Shown: piece after piece, positions 43,701 to 52,687 of the stretch | How positions within the stretch are numbered: position 1 is the stretch's first letter | How the letters are laid out: each line of letters begins with the position of its first letter | Virus record (IMG/VR): IMGVR_UViG_2684622926_000002 | Span: 1 to 64,000 of that record | Length of the DNA: 64,000 nucleotides | Direction: 5' to 3' (one strand) | DNA from: a virus | Taxonomy: Duplodnaviria; Caudoviricetes | The notes under the pieces: generated by a model | Seen by the model: only the letters and a program-made list of their open reading frames with translations | Databases searched by the model: none | What the model was told of the DNA's origin: nothing | Position numbers and translations under genes: made by a program

Positions 43701-44040
43701 CCCGAACTCTGTCAATATTGGGGTCGGTAATGGTTCGTACAATCGGGGTTGATGCCTTTACCTCAAGATTAACAGGCACTTCGTTTTCCGTTGCTAGAAA
43801 ACTCTCAAGCGGTGCTTGTGACTGAACGCCAGCCGTCCATTCGACTTCAACTCCCTTGAAGTTGTATGAACCGTTTGGTGCTTGAATTGGCGTATCGTTT
43901 AAAAAAACGCTTTGTAGGCCATTCACTGGTCCTTCTATCTGTCCTTCACACAACAAATCAATAATACTCAGTTGCTGATTTGATTTTAAGTTATCTTGCG
44001 CCTCTGTGGGCGTTTTAGCCTTTTTTTTACCTTTACCCAT
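40756..44040 (-). CDS. Host-specificity/central tail tip protein (lambda J family)
   Basis: MGKG....EA.DNLKS.Q.LSIIDLLCEGQIEG; YPNTAVVGL.FDS.QF..VP.RNY.I.G; NPAW..YDILT..RYG.G. Confidence 0.95.
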   Translation of the reverse strand: MGKGKKKAKTPTEAQDNLKSNQQLSIIDLLCEGQIEGPVNGLQSVFLNDTPIQAPNGSYNFKGVEVEWTAGVQSQAPLESFLATENEVPVNLEVKASTPIVRTITDPNIDRVRVTVGVQSLSSTDKKGNINRTSVSMAIQIGTGHMWETVKTVDLIDKKTRSQYLTSVILYDLPPKPFNIRVVRRTQDSTSSLLANNTLWSSYTEIYDTKFSYPNTAVVGLKFDSSQFSGVPRRNYLIKGMIVKVPDNYDPETREYKGFWSGNFKLAWTNNPAWIFYDILTNTRYGMGNRISQFGVDKFALYTISQYCDQLVDDGFGGKEPRFTCNCYITEQRQAYEVIHDLCSIFRAMPIWDGTQYTAVMDRPSDPVAIYSNANVVDGQFNYTSAAQKSRHTAVHVRYIDPNNNWETTTEYVADDELIKRFGLNVAQVDAFGCTSRGQAHRVGKWLIQTEKLETQTVTFNVGREGIRHLPGDIIGITDNDFAGTTIGGRILEANGSTIKLDRDIDIKNMKNAYLSVTDTNMQLHKIKIQAQVKPNQLVLVNSVSVDDYSVWGLYDNKIKPRLFKALSITENSDGTYSITALEHETRKEEIVDNGAKFEEESGSIFSWLIPPVEQLQTEIIPESDLYQARLSWSTPRTIQNLRFEVKIYRDDKLISRETVNNTEYYLSDLQQGKFNATVRGVGEDGRLGDERTIAFSILPPAKPSGLVLTPSAFNIAVRPVMTATSSLGTQFEFYKGTTKAEVEAQTNYLGRAMSLTDVDCTPDTEYWYGVNAVNVVGRSEMFIANTRTLVAENGAGGLFRIQTGDGKFPANDNATQMFYREFGFYPARDTTLIIYSLASDGKVSHSEARLYNGAQWIEPKMFIDGDLIATGTMRGDRLIAGTEIKAPLITGGKMVAGSVISAGTPPVFELLPDGTVNARKANISGNIYANSGELNNVIINKNCQIRGTLDVNQIRGNVLSAKLFKKEIRIVETNPNQNVHVMNIEASGEWQKLCFIEEIKVVGGVMGLGSDFENIRGSMRFLFNDQYPYEVNKFYIKGVGFRNLILPIPPFSNGERVKISLTINKPASVSIKYTLSFNSLVFLMKNSNGFLPD

Positions 44041-44590
44041 CTATTGTTTCCAACCCCTGTGATAAAACTTTAGAGCCTATTTTTGTTAATCCGTAGCAAA
44101 GTGGTACTGGTGCACCCTGTGCTATCGTGTTGTCCAGATTAGAAAAAGAGGTGTTTTTATTAGTACCGCCATCGGCTAATTTCTCGGTTTTGGGTAGCTT
44201 GGTTAGCATCATGGCTACACCACCGATCATTAAGCCCACACCTGTTGCCATCAATGGATAACCCATTGGCGTCCAGTAAAAAATAGCCCCAACAACAAAC
44301 ATTACAGCACCTGCGATAAAGCTGAATGCCCCACCTTTTGCACCTTCTGTTTTGGGTACAATATGAATCACGGCATTTTGAGGAATTCGGCTATGCAACC
44401 CAAACTGTAAATTGCCCTCATTCATATCTACACCATTAATTCGTACGCGAAAAAAACCGTTCATAATTTGCTTTTTTAAGCCTTTTATCTGACAATACAA
44501 ACCATTTAATGCTTCTGCTGCTGTTTCAACGTTCATATTGAACTTATCGCCATATTGTTTAAGATCGCCATAAAGCCGAATTTTTGCCAT
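44033..44590 (-). CDS. Tail assembly protein I
   Basis: IRLYG.L..YG; QGAPVPLCYG...GS.V.S. Confidence 0.92.
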   Translation of the reverse strand: MAKIRLYGDLKQYGDKFNMNVETAAEALNGLYCQIKGLKKQIMNGFFRVRINGVDMNEGNLQFGLHSRIPQNAVIHIVPKTEGAKGGAFSFIAGAVMFVVGAIFYWTPMGYPLMATGVGLMIGGVAMMLTKLPKTEKLADGGTNKNTSFSNLDNTIAQGAPVPLCYGLTKIGSKVLSQGLETIDG

Positions 44591-45252
44591 TTTTTATGTC
44601 TCCATATTGAATGCGTATAGTCCATCCAAAAACCGCCGTACATATCTCGTTTAGATAGACGATTTGGACAGTGATGTAAGATTTGTTGGTTGCCAATGTA
44701 GATGGCTGCATGGTTAGGTGTTGATGAGCCTAGACAAATGATGATGATATCGCCTTCTTGCAGTTCTTGCGCATCAACTTGCACAAACCCGTTTTGGGGC
44801 AGTAAATCTAGATAGAGGTTTTGACCGTTGTGCCACCAATCGTCCTGACGTTCATAGTCAGGTAGTTCAATACCAGCAAGCATATAGGCGTCACGTACTA
44901 TTGTTAGGCAATCGATTTTTCCGTGTTGAAACTCTCGACCTAATAATGGTTTTATATATCTAAATTTATGAATTTGGTTATCACATAGCAGCCACCAATC
45001 TAAACCTGTAAACTGTTGATAAATTTGATCAGCCTCACTAAGAATTGGCTCACCGTCAGGATGAGAATGTACAACTGCTGTAATCTCACCCTTCTCTTCA
45101 GCTTTTATCCAATCATCGGGGGATATTTCAAATGTTTTTGTCGGTGTTGCTGATATATTGTTGCATGGCATATAGATTTTATTATCAATAACAAAACCGC
45201 AGCATTCAGCCTCACCGCATTGTTTAGCATGATTGAGTATCTCTTTTTTCAT
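44533..45252 (-). CDS. Tail assembly protein K (JAB plus NlpC/P60)
   Basis: ECCG, VVHSHP, DC, HAAIY, HH motifs. Confidence 0.92.
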   Translation of the reverse strand: MKKEILNHAKQCGEAECCGFVIDNKIYMPCNNISATPTKTFEISPDDWIKAEEKGEITAVVHSHPDGEPILSEADQIYQQFTGLDWWLLCDNQIHKFRYIKPLLGREFQHGKIDCLTIVRDAYMLAGIELPDYERQDDWWHNGQNLYLDLLPQNGFVQVDAQELQEGDIIIICLGSSTPNHAAIYIGNQQILHHCPNRLSKRDMYGGFWMDYTHSIWRHKKWQKFGFMAILNNMAISSI

Positions 45253-45314
45253 TATTTAACCTGATTTTTAGGTATATTTAAGGGGGAAATAGATTTGTAA
45301 TTATTGAGTTTTGA

Positions 45315-46019
45315 CTAGGATAATTTTGCAGCAGTAGGAAAACCACCAAATGGTAGAATACCGTATTGGCCATGACGAAGTTTACAACCAGTTAAACATC
45401 GGCTACATTTATCTTTAGTGATGTCGTTTGTTGGTTTGTCGAACTCATCCGCTACTGCACCGCCTGTATAACCACATTCCGACGAGCGATATATCCAATT
45501 GCAAGTGTTAGCAACAATGACACGAGCCGGAATTAATGCACCGTCGGACTCGCATGGCAATGCTAATTCAAATGTAACAACCATTGAATTTTGTTGTTTT
45601 ACCTGCTCAATCACATAATTTGAGATAATTTCGCAAAACGGATCGGCATATTGATTACCGTTCTCAAAATTCACCGCATCTAGATATTTGACAGGCACTT
45701 CATGACGGGTGACAATTGCACCAAGTAAACCGTCAAAATCAGCAATTAGACCATTGATAAAGCCCATCGCATTACTAACACTCATTGTTGGACGGTTACT
45801 CACACCCTGTCCATTCTTTTCAAAACCTTCAACTTTTATGGGATAAGGTTCATAGATATTACATTGCCACGTTATCGGTCGTCTCAGCTCATTTAATCCA
45901 TTGTGAAATCGAAATATAGTTTTGTTGCCGACAATTTTAGTTAAATCAACTTCATACAAATCAACAATCGCATCTTGTGCTATTTTAGTTATATCGAGTA
46001 GCATTTTTTGCGGTATCAT
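45315..46019 (-). CDS. Minor tail protein L
   Basis: YEPYPI.V.GFE; CNW.YR..ECGY.G; DKCS.CL.GC..R; LPFGGF. Confidence 0.95.
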   Translation of the reverse strand: MIPQKMLLDITKIAQDAIVDLYEVDLTKIVGNKTIFRFHNGLNELRRPITWQCNIYEPYPIKVEGFEKNGQGVSNRPTMSVSNAMGFINGLIADFDGLLGAIVTRHEVPVKYLDAVNFENGNQYADPFCEIISNYVIEQVKQQNSMVVTFELALPCESDGALIPARVIVANTCNWIYRSSECGYTGGAVADEFDKPTNDITKDKCSRCLTGCKLRHGQYGILPFGGFPTAAKLS

Positions 46020-46345
46020 ACTACAACCTCCTCAAATGTTGCAGTAATTGATATTACTGTATGTTTAACATTTGTTGACCATGATGGACATTTAACTGTG
46101 ATTAATCGATTGGTGTTTGGCTCTCGCCATTTGAAGGCATGAACACCACCATGCCGCGTTAGAAAGTCATCAATCATAGCAGCATCATCTCTAGGAACAT
46201 TCAAACTTACGTCATATAAACGTAGATCGTTATTAATCCCATCTCTAACGCGTTGTTCGTAACCATCACCAAATTTGATAAGTTTGACCCTTGGTTCAGC
46301 TTTAACTGTTAAACCTGGAGCAAGCTCCCAACTGAATGTTTCCAT
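46016..46345 (-). CDS. Minor tail protein M
   Basis: METFSW...FGDGYEQR..GIN...FL..HGG..AF.W. Confidence 0.92.
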   Translation of the reverse strand: METFSWELAPGLTVKAEPRVKLIKFGDGYEQRVRDGINNDLRLYDVSLNVPRDDAAMIDDFLTRHGGVHAFKWREPNTNRLITVKCPSWSTNVKHTVISITATFEEVVV

Positions 46346-46361
46346 ATTTTCTCCAGACAAT

Positions 46362-46382
46362 AAAAAACCGCCAACAGGCGGT
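46362..46382 (-). terminator. Rho-independent terminator (ACCGCC-TGTT-GGCGGT plus U-tract)
   Basis: aaaaaaccgccaacaggcggt on the plus strand. Analogous hairpins at ~53182, ~54934 and ~59863. Confidence 0.7.
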
Positions 46383-46502
46383 ATGTGTGAATTTTAATTG
46401 TGAATTTTTAGTTACCTATACGGTATAAATCAATGATGTATTGTCGTCCTCTAGATTTCTAAACGACCTACACGGCAATGCTCCCCTCTAGGTACAACTT
46501 TA

Positions 46503-47009
46503 CTAGTTAAATTTTTTTATTTTCTCTAACAACGTTTCAAGTTCATTTACGTTTTTATTTACTAGGGTTTCCATGATTGCAATGGGTAATTTTGAAATAC
46601 CCTCACTATGCGCCATCACATAGTCAGCAGTTACACTCATTATGTCATCTTGAGCGACTAAAACTAAACACACACCCGCAATTCTGGTTTCAGAGTGAAT
46701 ATTCTTGATATTTATTTCACCAGTCATGTCAATTATTGTTGCATAACTTTTGAACGCATCATCACCAAGGTTTTTATATTTTTCTATTAATTTGTATTTG
46801 TTTATATCTTCACGTGAAATTTTCCCGATAGTACTTTGGCTATTATCCTTTATGATTAATCCATTCATTTGTTGTGTGAAATAATAAGGGGTTGACTTGC
46901 ATATGTCAGCTAAATATGTAGATATATCATTTTCGGTTAAATTCGAATTTGCGCTAACTAGAAAAGGGAAAAACAATAAACAAAACAAAATCCTTTTCAT
47001 ACTTTCCAT
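46503..47009 (-). CDS. Moron: exported protein of unknown function
   Basis: Signal peptide MKRILFCLLFFPFLVSANS; inserted between the TMP and M genes. Confidence 0.75.
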   Translation of the reverse strand: MESMKRILFCLLFFPFLVSANSNLTENDISTYLADICKSTPYYFTQQMNGLIIKDNSQSTIGKISREDINKYKLIEKYKNLGDDAFKSYATIIDMTGEINIKNIHSETRIAGVCLVLVAQDDIMSVTADYVMAHSEGISKLPIAIMETLVNKNVNELETLLEKIKKFN

Positions 47010-47107
47010 CCTAATGTGTTCATTTTTTAAATGGTATGAAATTTCGACAGTTAAATCAATAAACTTTTAGTAATTCTTCTATTCGTTATTCTTTTTGTAA
47101 CTGTGCA

Positions 47108-47502
47108 CCTATTATCCCAGTACATAAAGGGTACACTAATAAACGCCGATTAGCTCCCTCATAAAAACCGGTTTATCCCTGTGTGTACAGGGAACACCTT
47201 TTCTAAAAATCGAATAATGTCATCTTTGTCGGTTTATCCCTGTGTATACAGGGAACACAAAACCATTTCTAATAAGATATTCGATTGTCTCGGTTTATCC
47301 CTGTGTATACAGGGAACACACTCTGGGGATGTGGGTTGATAAAAACTCGAACGGTTTATCCCTGTGTATACAGGGAACACATTAGTATTCTCATGGTTTG
47401 TGATACCTCTGCCGGTTTATCCCTGTGTATACAGGGAACACCTAGAGCTCCCATTTGAAATACTGATAAAACACGGTTTATCCCTGTGTATACAGGGAAC
47501 AC
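47108..47502 (-). CRISPR. Type I-E CRISPR array: 6 repeats plus 1 degenerate trailer repeat, 6 spacers of 32 bp
   Basis: Repeat GTGTTCCCTGTATACACAGGGATAAACCG (minus strand) at 47169, 47230, 47291, 47352, 47413 and 47474, with a 61-bp period; trailer copy at 47108 is 21/29 identical. Confidence 0.97.
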
Positions 47503-47620
47503 TTATTATAACTTATTGTTTATTAGTTAAAATACTAAGCGATAAATTTCCACCAACTTTTTTACTGTTTTTTTGCATGATTTTATTGAGATGTTTTTAG
47601 TGATTTATTATTAGCAAAAT
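47503..47620 (-). promoter_or_regulatory. CRISPR leader
   Basis: AT-rich, opposite the degenerate end; minus strand AAAAAAGTTGGTGGAAATTT...AAACAATAAGTTATAATAA resembles enterobacterial I-E leaders. Confidence 0.75.
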
Positions 47621-47721
47621 GACTCTATTTTTTAGGTTATTTGCTTATGTAACTTGGCTATAAGCGGGTATCTGATCAAGTAAGCGATTTGACGAACCAC
47701 ATTTGCACGCCCTGTAATTCT

Positions 47722-47847
47722 TTAATGGTGACATTTTAACGCTGACGATTCTATTTTTTCTCGCAAATCATTCAACGGATTGATAGCAGTGGCTAATGTT
47801 TGTTTACAAATACTAAACAACTGTAACTCAATAGGGTCAAAATTCAT
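47722..47847 (-). CDS. Small ORF (41 aa) between the solitary repeat and the leader
   Basis: MNFDPIELQLFSICKQTLATAINPLNDLREKIESSALKCHH*, with AGAG before the ATG. Confidence 0.3.
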   Translation of the reverse strand: MNFDPIELQLFSICKQTLATAINPLNDLREKIESSALKCHH

Positions 47848-47856
47848 CTCTATTAT

Positions 47857-47885
47857 TGATTAATCCCAGTGAATACAGGCAACAC
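47857..47885 (-). repeat. Solitary degenerate CRISPR repeat
   Basis: GTGTTGCCTGTATTCACTGGGATTAATCA is 23/29 identical to the array repeat, in the same orientation but out of register with it. Confidence 0.7.
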
Positions 47886-48067
47886 TGTTTTACGCCACTC
47901 GTCGCATCATAACTACGCCTTAAATTACTCAAAAGGAGATCTGGAGCACAAAACTGTAACGAGATAGCGAACGTATTCTCTCATATGGGTATTGTGTTAG
48001 ACGCATTCCCGATCTTATGATCGGGAAATAAAAGTTGGAGATCTACAATTAATTTAGTTGGTTATAT

Positions 48068-48631
48068 TTATCGTTTATACTCAAACTCTATATTCATTAA
48101 GGTTTTTATCTTGTCTATTAACGAATATTTTATCCCATGTTTATTCAATGTTAATTCAGCATAAATATAATCCAAGCTATCTTTTTTGTAATTATGTCCA
48201 TCAATATCTATTTCTCCAATTTCATCAACTCTTGGTTCACGAGTGTTGTCAATATAATATTCGCATGAAGAATAACCGACTAAATCAACACCCATTCGGT
48301 TTTTGGATGAAAATTTAACCAAAGCAGTTGTGTTATAGAAATTTTTGGGATCATTATACTTTTCTTTTAATGATGAATATATTCGATTTCTTGAAAAGTA
48401 ATTATCAATTCTATCTTGGCTCCAGTTTTTCTTACTAGTCAAGGATAATTCTAGAATTTTATACGACGATGGCGCCACCATACGTTCTTTAGTTGCAAAG
48501 GAACATCTTTGCTTCAAGTCATATAAAAAAACATCATCATAGCTAACACTTTCATGTACATATATTAAAAATGTTGATACTAATGTACCTACAACCAAAA
48601 TTGATATGATAAACCATTTCATTCCATTCAT
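48068..48631 (-). CDS. Moron: membrane-anchored protein of unknown function
   Basis: N-terminal TM segment (WFIISILVVGTLVSTFLIY); C...KERMVAPSSYK...FSSKNRMG motif. Confidence 0.75.
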   Translation of the reverse strand: MNGMKWFIISILVVGTLVSTFLIYVHESVSYDDVFLYDLKQRCSFATKERMVAPSSYKILELSLTSKKNWSQDRIDNYFSRNRIYSSLKEKYNDPKNFYNTTALVKFSSKNRMGVDLVGYSSCEYYIDNTREPRVDEIGEIDIDGHNYKKDSLDYIYAELTLNKHGIKYSLIDKIKTLMNIEFEYKR

Positions 48632-48680
48632 CCTTATGTCACTAATATATAATGAATGGTATGAAATTTTAGTTATTAAA

Positions 48681-51600
48681 TCAACGACGATTTAATTTAC
48701 CACCAGGTCGCATTTGTTCGTCTAGTATTGATAACACTGATTGTTTTATCATTATACCGATTTCTTTGCCGTCTTCCTCGCTAATATCACCTCCGCCAAC
48801 ATTGACTGGTACATTTACAGTAATACTGCCGCCAGATGATTTAGATGCATCAAGGAAATTTTTTAAATCAGCATTTGTGCGCGCATCAACAACTCTCTCG
48901 CCTTTATCGAGTAACCAAGTTCCTTCGCGAGGAATACTATCGATACCACTATGCGCCATACCTGAAATGGTTTGAGCTGCAATCAATCCGACTGAAGCAT
49001 AACCTAATCCTCTGATCCAACTTGCAGCGGAAATACCAAAAATAGGGCCAAGTTCAAGCGCTTTTGATGCTGCAACTTCTGTACTAATAATAGCTTGAGC
49101 AATAGCAGAAGCCTTACTAGCTAAAAACATCACTTTATATGCAGCTGATGATTCACCAGCTGTTTGTTTGAACATATCAGCAATTGAACCAGTTAGTGTT
49201 GAAAATGTACCTAACGCCGCCATTGTATATACAGATTGCAACTCTTGTTGCTTATTCTGCATAGTTTCCTCGATGCTCAAAACTGCGTCAGCATATTCTT
49301 GATGATTTATTAACTTAGCATTTAGCAAATCAGTTTGAATTGCTAACTGTTGTTGCTGCCAATCTTTGAGGTTTTTTTCATCTTCAGCAACTTTGATTAG
49401 CTCACTACCTGGTCCATTATAAGAATTTTGAATACTTAACGTAGGCGCTGATTGAACCATTTTTTGATTCATTTTTTTAAGCAACTCTTCACGTTCTTGC
49501 AAGGAAACGTTACTTTTTTCAAGAACTGACAGATTTTGTTTGTAACTATCAAATTGTTGTTCGGTAGGACTACGCATTGAATCAAGAATAGATTTGTATT
49601 CTTTTTGGGCATTAAGTTGATCAATCTCAATGGCTTTATTTTCTAAAGCTTTTTTTTGCTCACCAGATAATACTTTTAATTCACCCTCTGCTAATTGGCG
49701 TCGGATTTTTTGAAGTTCAGTGATATCTTTATAGGCATTAATTTGATCGTTAAGTTTTCCAAGTTGGGATTGATAAAGATTAGTTGGATTTTTATCCAAA
49801 CTACTACGCTTTAGCTTCTCTTGTTCTTGATAAGACTTTCGTAACTTCTCAATGTACTCTTTCAATTTTTCAGCTAATTCATCTGACATTTCTGCTGATA
49901 GTTCCTGATTGGTCACTAAAGCAATAAGGTCTTCTGAATGTGCCAATGCTGCATTACCCGCTGCTTTTTGTAAACCGGCTAATATGTAAACCTGTTCCGC
50001 GGATAATCCTGTTTTTTGACTGTTTGTTTCTAGATCTTGGTTTAATATACGAAGTTGGTAACCGAGGTTTGGAAAATCTGCTACGTCAAGCTTTTTAAGA
50101 CCTCCAGCCGTTTCCTCTGACGCTTTTTTAGTGGCATCTATCTTTATTTTGGTTTCTGCTAGTGCTGCTATATTTTGCAATAACGAGCCTGTTATTGTGT
50201 TAAGAAGGTTTGTGAACTGTTCTCCACCACCCGTTGCATTAATTAAACTTATACCTGCTTCATTAATTCCCTCTCCGAACTCTTTTGAGGTAATTTCCCC
50301 CTCTATAACTTTATTTTTTAACACCTCAATTTGATTAATATATTTAGCTATTGCATTTTCATTTTCTGGCGAGATGTACGGTGAAAAACTTGAATAATCA
50401 AATGACGGTATTAGCTCTGTTAATTTGTCAGTTAATATTTTTTTAATTTCTGATACGTCGCTATTAACAGCTTTTACATTGACTTTAATTTCCGCGTCAA
50501 GTCCTGCTCTAATGTTACCTTGACGTGCTTTATCAAGTTCTTTGTATTTTGCAATCAATTGATCAACAGGTAATTGTAGCTCTTCGATTGGTTTTTTAGC
50601 ACTATTCGCGCCATCTCTCATTGAGAAAAAAGCTGTCCCAACAGCTATGGCTGTCATCGCTAATCCTAATGGGCCACCAAGTACTCCTAACAAGGTACTA
50701 CCGGCACGAGTTAAAATAGTCATTGCGCTACTTGACAACTTAAGTCTCTCATTTGCTGCCCTAAGACCATTTTTAGCCTGCGTTTCCCTTTCAGTTAGAG
50801 CAATTTCTTGAGCTTCAAGTGCTAAGACAGCTCTTCGTACATATATGCTAGAACTAATACCGGAAATATTTTGCAATCTAGCAATTGCCGCCTGTTTGGT
50901 GCTTGCAATAGATTGTTTTTCAACTGCTATTTTTTGCAGCTCAGACTCAGCAAGATGTTTTTGAGCTAATGCTAGATTTCTGGTTTTATTAATTTGATCT
51001 ACTATTTGAACTGAAACTTTTTTTAATGATGTATATGCACCATTTAGATAATTGCTAAATTTGGCCGATACAACTGCTGCTCCAGCAACGGAAACTAATC
51101 CAATATTATCAGCTAAAATTTTTAAAGCCTTCGATATATTATTAGTTAATCCAAGACTATTATTTAATTCGTTGACTAATTGTCCAAAATCATTAGATAT
51201 TGCATTAAAGCCACCTTGAAGCGTATCACCCATGGCATCTGCCATTTTACCCGTTTTATCTTTGGCGTTAATCATCGCATCAGAAAGTTGACGCATTGAA
51301 ATTTCACCAGACATACCGAGTTGGATAATGGTAGCTTCAGATTCTCCCATGGAGTCAGATAATGCAGTAGCAACATTAGATGTTGATGACAATATTGTTT
51401 TAAAATCATCACCGCTTACTTTACCCGTAAGCAGTGATTCATTAATTGCTTTTATACTTGTCGATACGTCAGTTGCTGATGTCGCATTTATTTTATAACT
51501 ATTTGACATCGCCTCGATAAAATCGACCGTTTCATTAGTACTGTAACCTAAATCAGACATTGATGAAGCAGTCGCAATATATAACTTTTGGGAATCTGAA

Positions 51601-51989
51601 ATCGCTTTACCATTTCTGTTACTTATTGCAAGTAACCTGTCTTGAACTAATTGATAATCATCAGCAGATCCACCAACTGAATCTATTGCCATTTTGACGC
51701 GATTGGCCATTTGCCCATAGTCATCGGCCATTTTCAAAATACCAGTAATTGAAAAATCAACTCCAAGTGTTTTGGTCATCTCGGAGGCTGAAATTTTTAA
51801 CTTACTTAAATGCGCATTGATTGCTTGAATTGATTTCTTATTGTTAGCAATGTGTTGATCAAAACGCCGTGAATATTTCTCCATTGTTTTGTAATAATCA
51901 TTACCAAGACGGGTTGCTCTTTTAATTTCTCGTTGATACGATTCTGAATTTGCACTGAGTCGTATCACCAATTCTCGCGGTATAGCCAT
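48681..51989 (-). CDS. Tape measure protein
   Basis: About 1100 aa, MAIPRELVIRLSANS start, helical tape-measure domain, ends GMAHSGIDSIPREGTWLLDKGERV...RPGG.L. Confidence 0.95.
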   Translation of the reverse strand: MAIPRELVIRLSANSESYQREIKRATRLGNDYYKTMEKYSRRFDQHIANNKKSIQAINAHLSKLKISASEMTKTLGVDFSITGILKMADDYGQMANRVKMAIDSVGGSADDYQLVQDRLLAISNRNGKAISDSQKLYIATASSMSDLGYSTNETVDFIEAMSNSYKINATSATDVSTSIKAINESLLTGKVSGDDFKTILSSTSNVATALSDSMGESEATIIQLGMSGEISMRQLSDAMINAKDKTGKMADAMGDTLQGGFNAISNDFGQLVNELNNSLGLTNNISKALKILADNIGLVSVAGAAVVSAKFSNYLNGAYTSLKKVSVQIVDQINKTRNLALAQKHLAESELQKIAVEKQSIASTKQAAIARLQNISGISSSIYVRRAVLALEAQEIALTERETQAKNGLRAANERLKLSSSAMTILTRAGSTLLGVLGGPLGLAMTAIAVGTAFFSMRDGANSAKKPIEELQLPVDQLIAKYKELDKARQGNIRAGLDAEIKVNVKAVNSDVSEIKKILTDKLTELIPSFDYSSFSPYISPENENAIAKYINQIEVLKNKVIEGEITSKEFGEGINEAGISLINATGGGEQFTNLLNTITGSLLQNIAALAETKIKIDATKKASEETAGGLKKLDVADFPNLGYQLRILNQDLETNSQKTGLSAEQVYILAGLQKAAGNAALAHSEDLIALVTNQELSAEMSDELAEKLKEYIEKLRKSYQEQEKLKRSSLDKNPTNLYQSQLGKLNDQINAYKDITELQKIRRQLAEGELKVLSGEQKKALENKAIEIDQLNAQKEYKSILDSMRSPTEQQFDSYKQNLSVLEKSNVSLQEREELLKKMNQKMVQSAPTLSIQNSYNGPGSELIKVAEDEKNLKDWQQQQLAIQTDLLNAKLINHQEYADAVLSIEETMQNKQQELQSVYTMAALGTFSTLTGSIADMFKQTAGESSAAYKVMFLASKASAIAQAIISTEVAASKALELGPIFGISAASWIRGLGYASVGLIAAQTISGMAHSGIDSIPREGTWLLDKGERVVDARTNADLKNFLDASKSSGGSITVNVPVNVGGGDISEEDGKEIGIMIKQSVLSILDEQMRPGGKLNRR

Positions 51990-51990
51990 A

Positions 51991-52290
51991 TTATTTTCCA
52001 ATTAAGTTAGATAATGCGTCGAATAAAGTGACTGGTTGCTTTTTCTCTTCTCTAAATTTAATTAAACAGTCGTCGAAAGAGACTTTTCCACCTTGTGAGC
52101 GGTATATAGATGAAGAAATTTGAGCTGCATGCCAGTCATTTCGCTCGTCACTGATAGGATTTAATTTATCAAATGCGACCCAGTAGTAAAATTCACTAGC
52201 TGAAAGTGATTGCTCAAGTTCAGCTAGTGTTTTACCAAGCCTTAATGCTAGCTTTAATTTAAAGAAAAGCTCTGGTTCATTTTCTACTTT
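51991..52290 (-). CDS. Tail assembly chaperone T (the -1 frameshift extension of G)
   Basis: Open frame KVENEPELFFKLKLALRLGKTLAELEQSLSASEFYYWVAFDKLNPISDERND...; slippery A AAA AAG immediately before the G stop. Confidence 0.85.
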   Translation of the reverse strand, partial: KVENEPELFFKLKLALRLGKTLAELEQSLSASEFYYWVAFDKLNPISDERNDWHAAQISSSIYRSQGGKVSFDDCLIKFREEKKQPVTLFDALSNLIGK

Positions 52291-52667
52291 TTTTCAGCCT
52301 CTTTGAGAGGATCGTTATTTAACTCTATCAATTCGAGGGCTTTATTCAGTACTCGAGTATGAACAGGACCATAACTTTCTACTAACGCCTCCATTTCTTT
52401 ACTGTCATTACTATTGAAAATAAGATTACCGTTTTTATCAATTACGGTTGCAGCAAATAATAAAGTTTCAGCTTTGATATTAAGTAAGTCTTTTTCTTGC
52501 TCAGTTAATGAGTCATCTTTTGACGTTTTTTCAATGGATTTTACATAACGATAAAAATCAATATGTAACGGTTCTCGAACACAAATTGTTGTATTCCATT
52601 CTGCCACCTGAAACTCTTTAGTGCGAAAGCCTGAATTTTTAGCAGTGATAATTTTCTTTAAATTCAT
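52284..52667 (-). CDS. Tail assembly chaperone G
   Basis: GFR....V.EW....VREP; YGPVH.R.L..ALEL; ends AEKK*. Confidence 0.88.
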   Translation of the reverse strand: MNLKKIITAKNSGFRTKEFQVAEWNTTICVREPLHIDFYRYVKSIEKTSKDDSLTEQEKDLLNIKAETLLFAATVIDKNGNLIFNSNDSKEMEALVESYGPVHTRVLNKALELIELNNDPLKEAEKK

Positions 52668-52687
52668 TATGATGTTTTCTCCACAAA

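Noticed and set aside
47137-47473. Self-targeting spacers
   Set aside because: No convincing match seen by eye within the window; needs a computational search.
47364-47600. 78-aa plus-strand ORF
   Set aside because: Runs through CRISPR repeats and the leader; spurious.
47620-47850. cas2 remnant upstream of the leader
   Set aside because: None of the three minus-strand frames shows recognisable Cas2 motifs.
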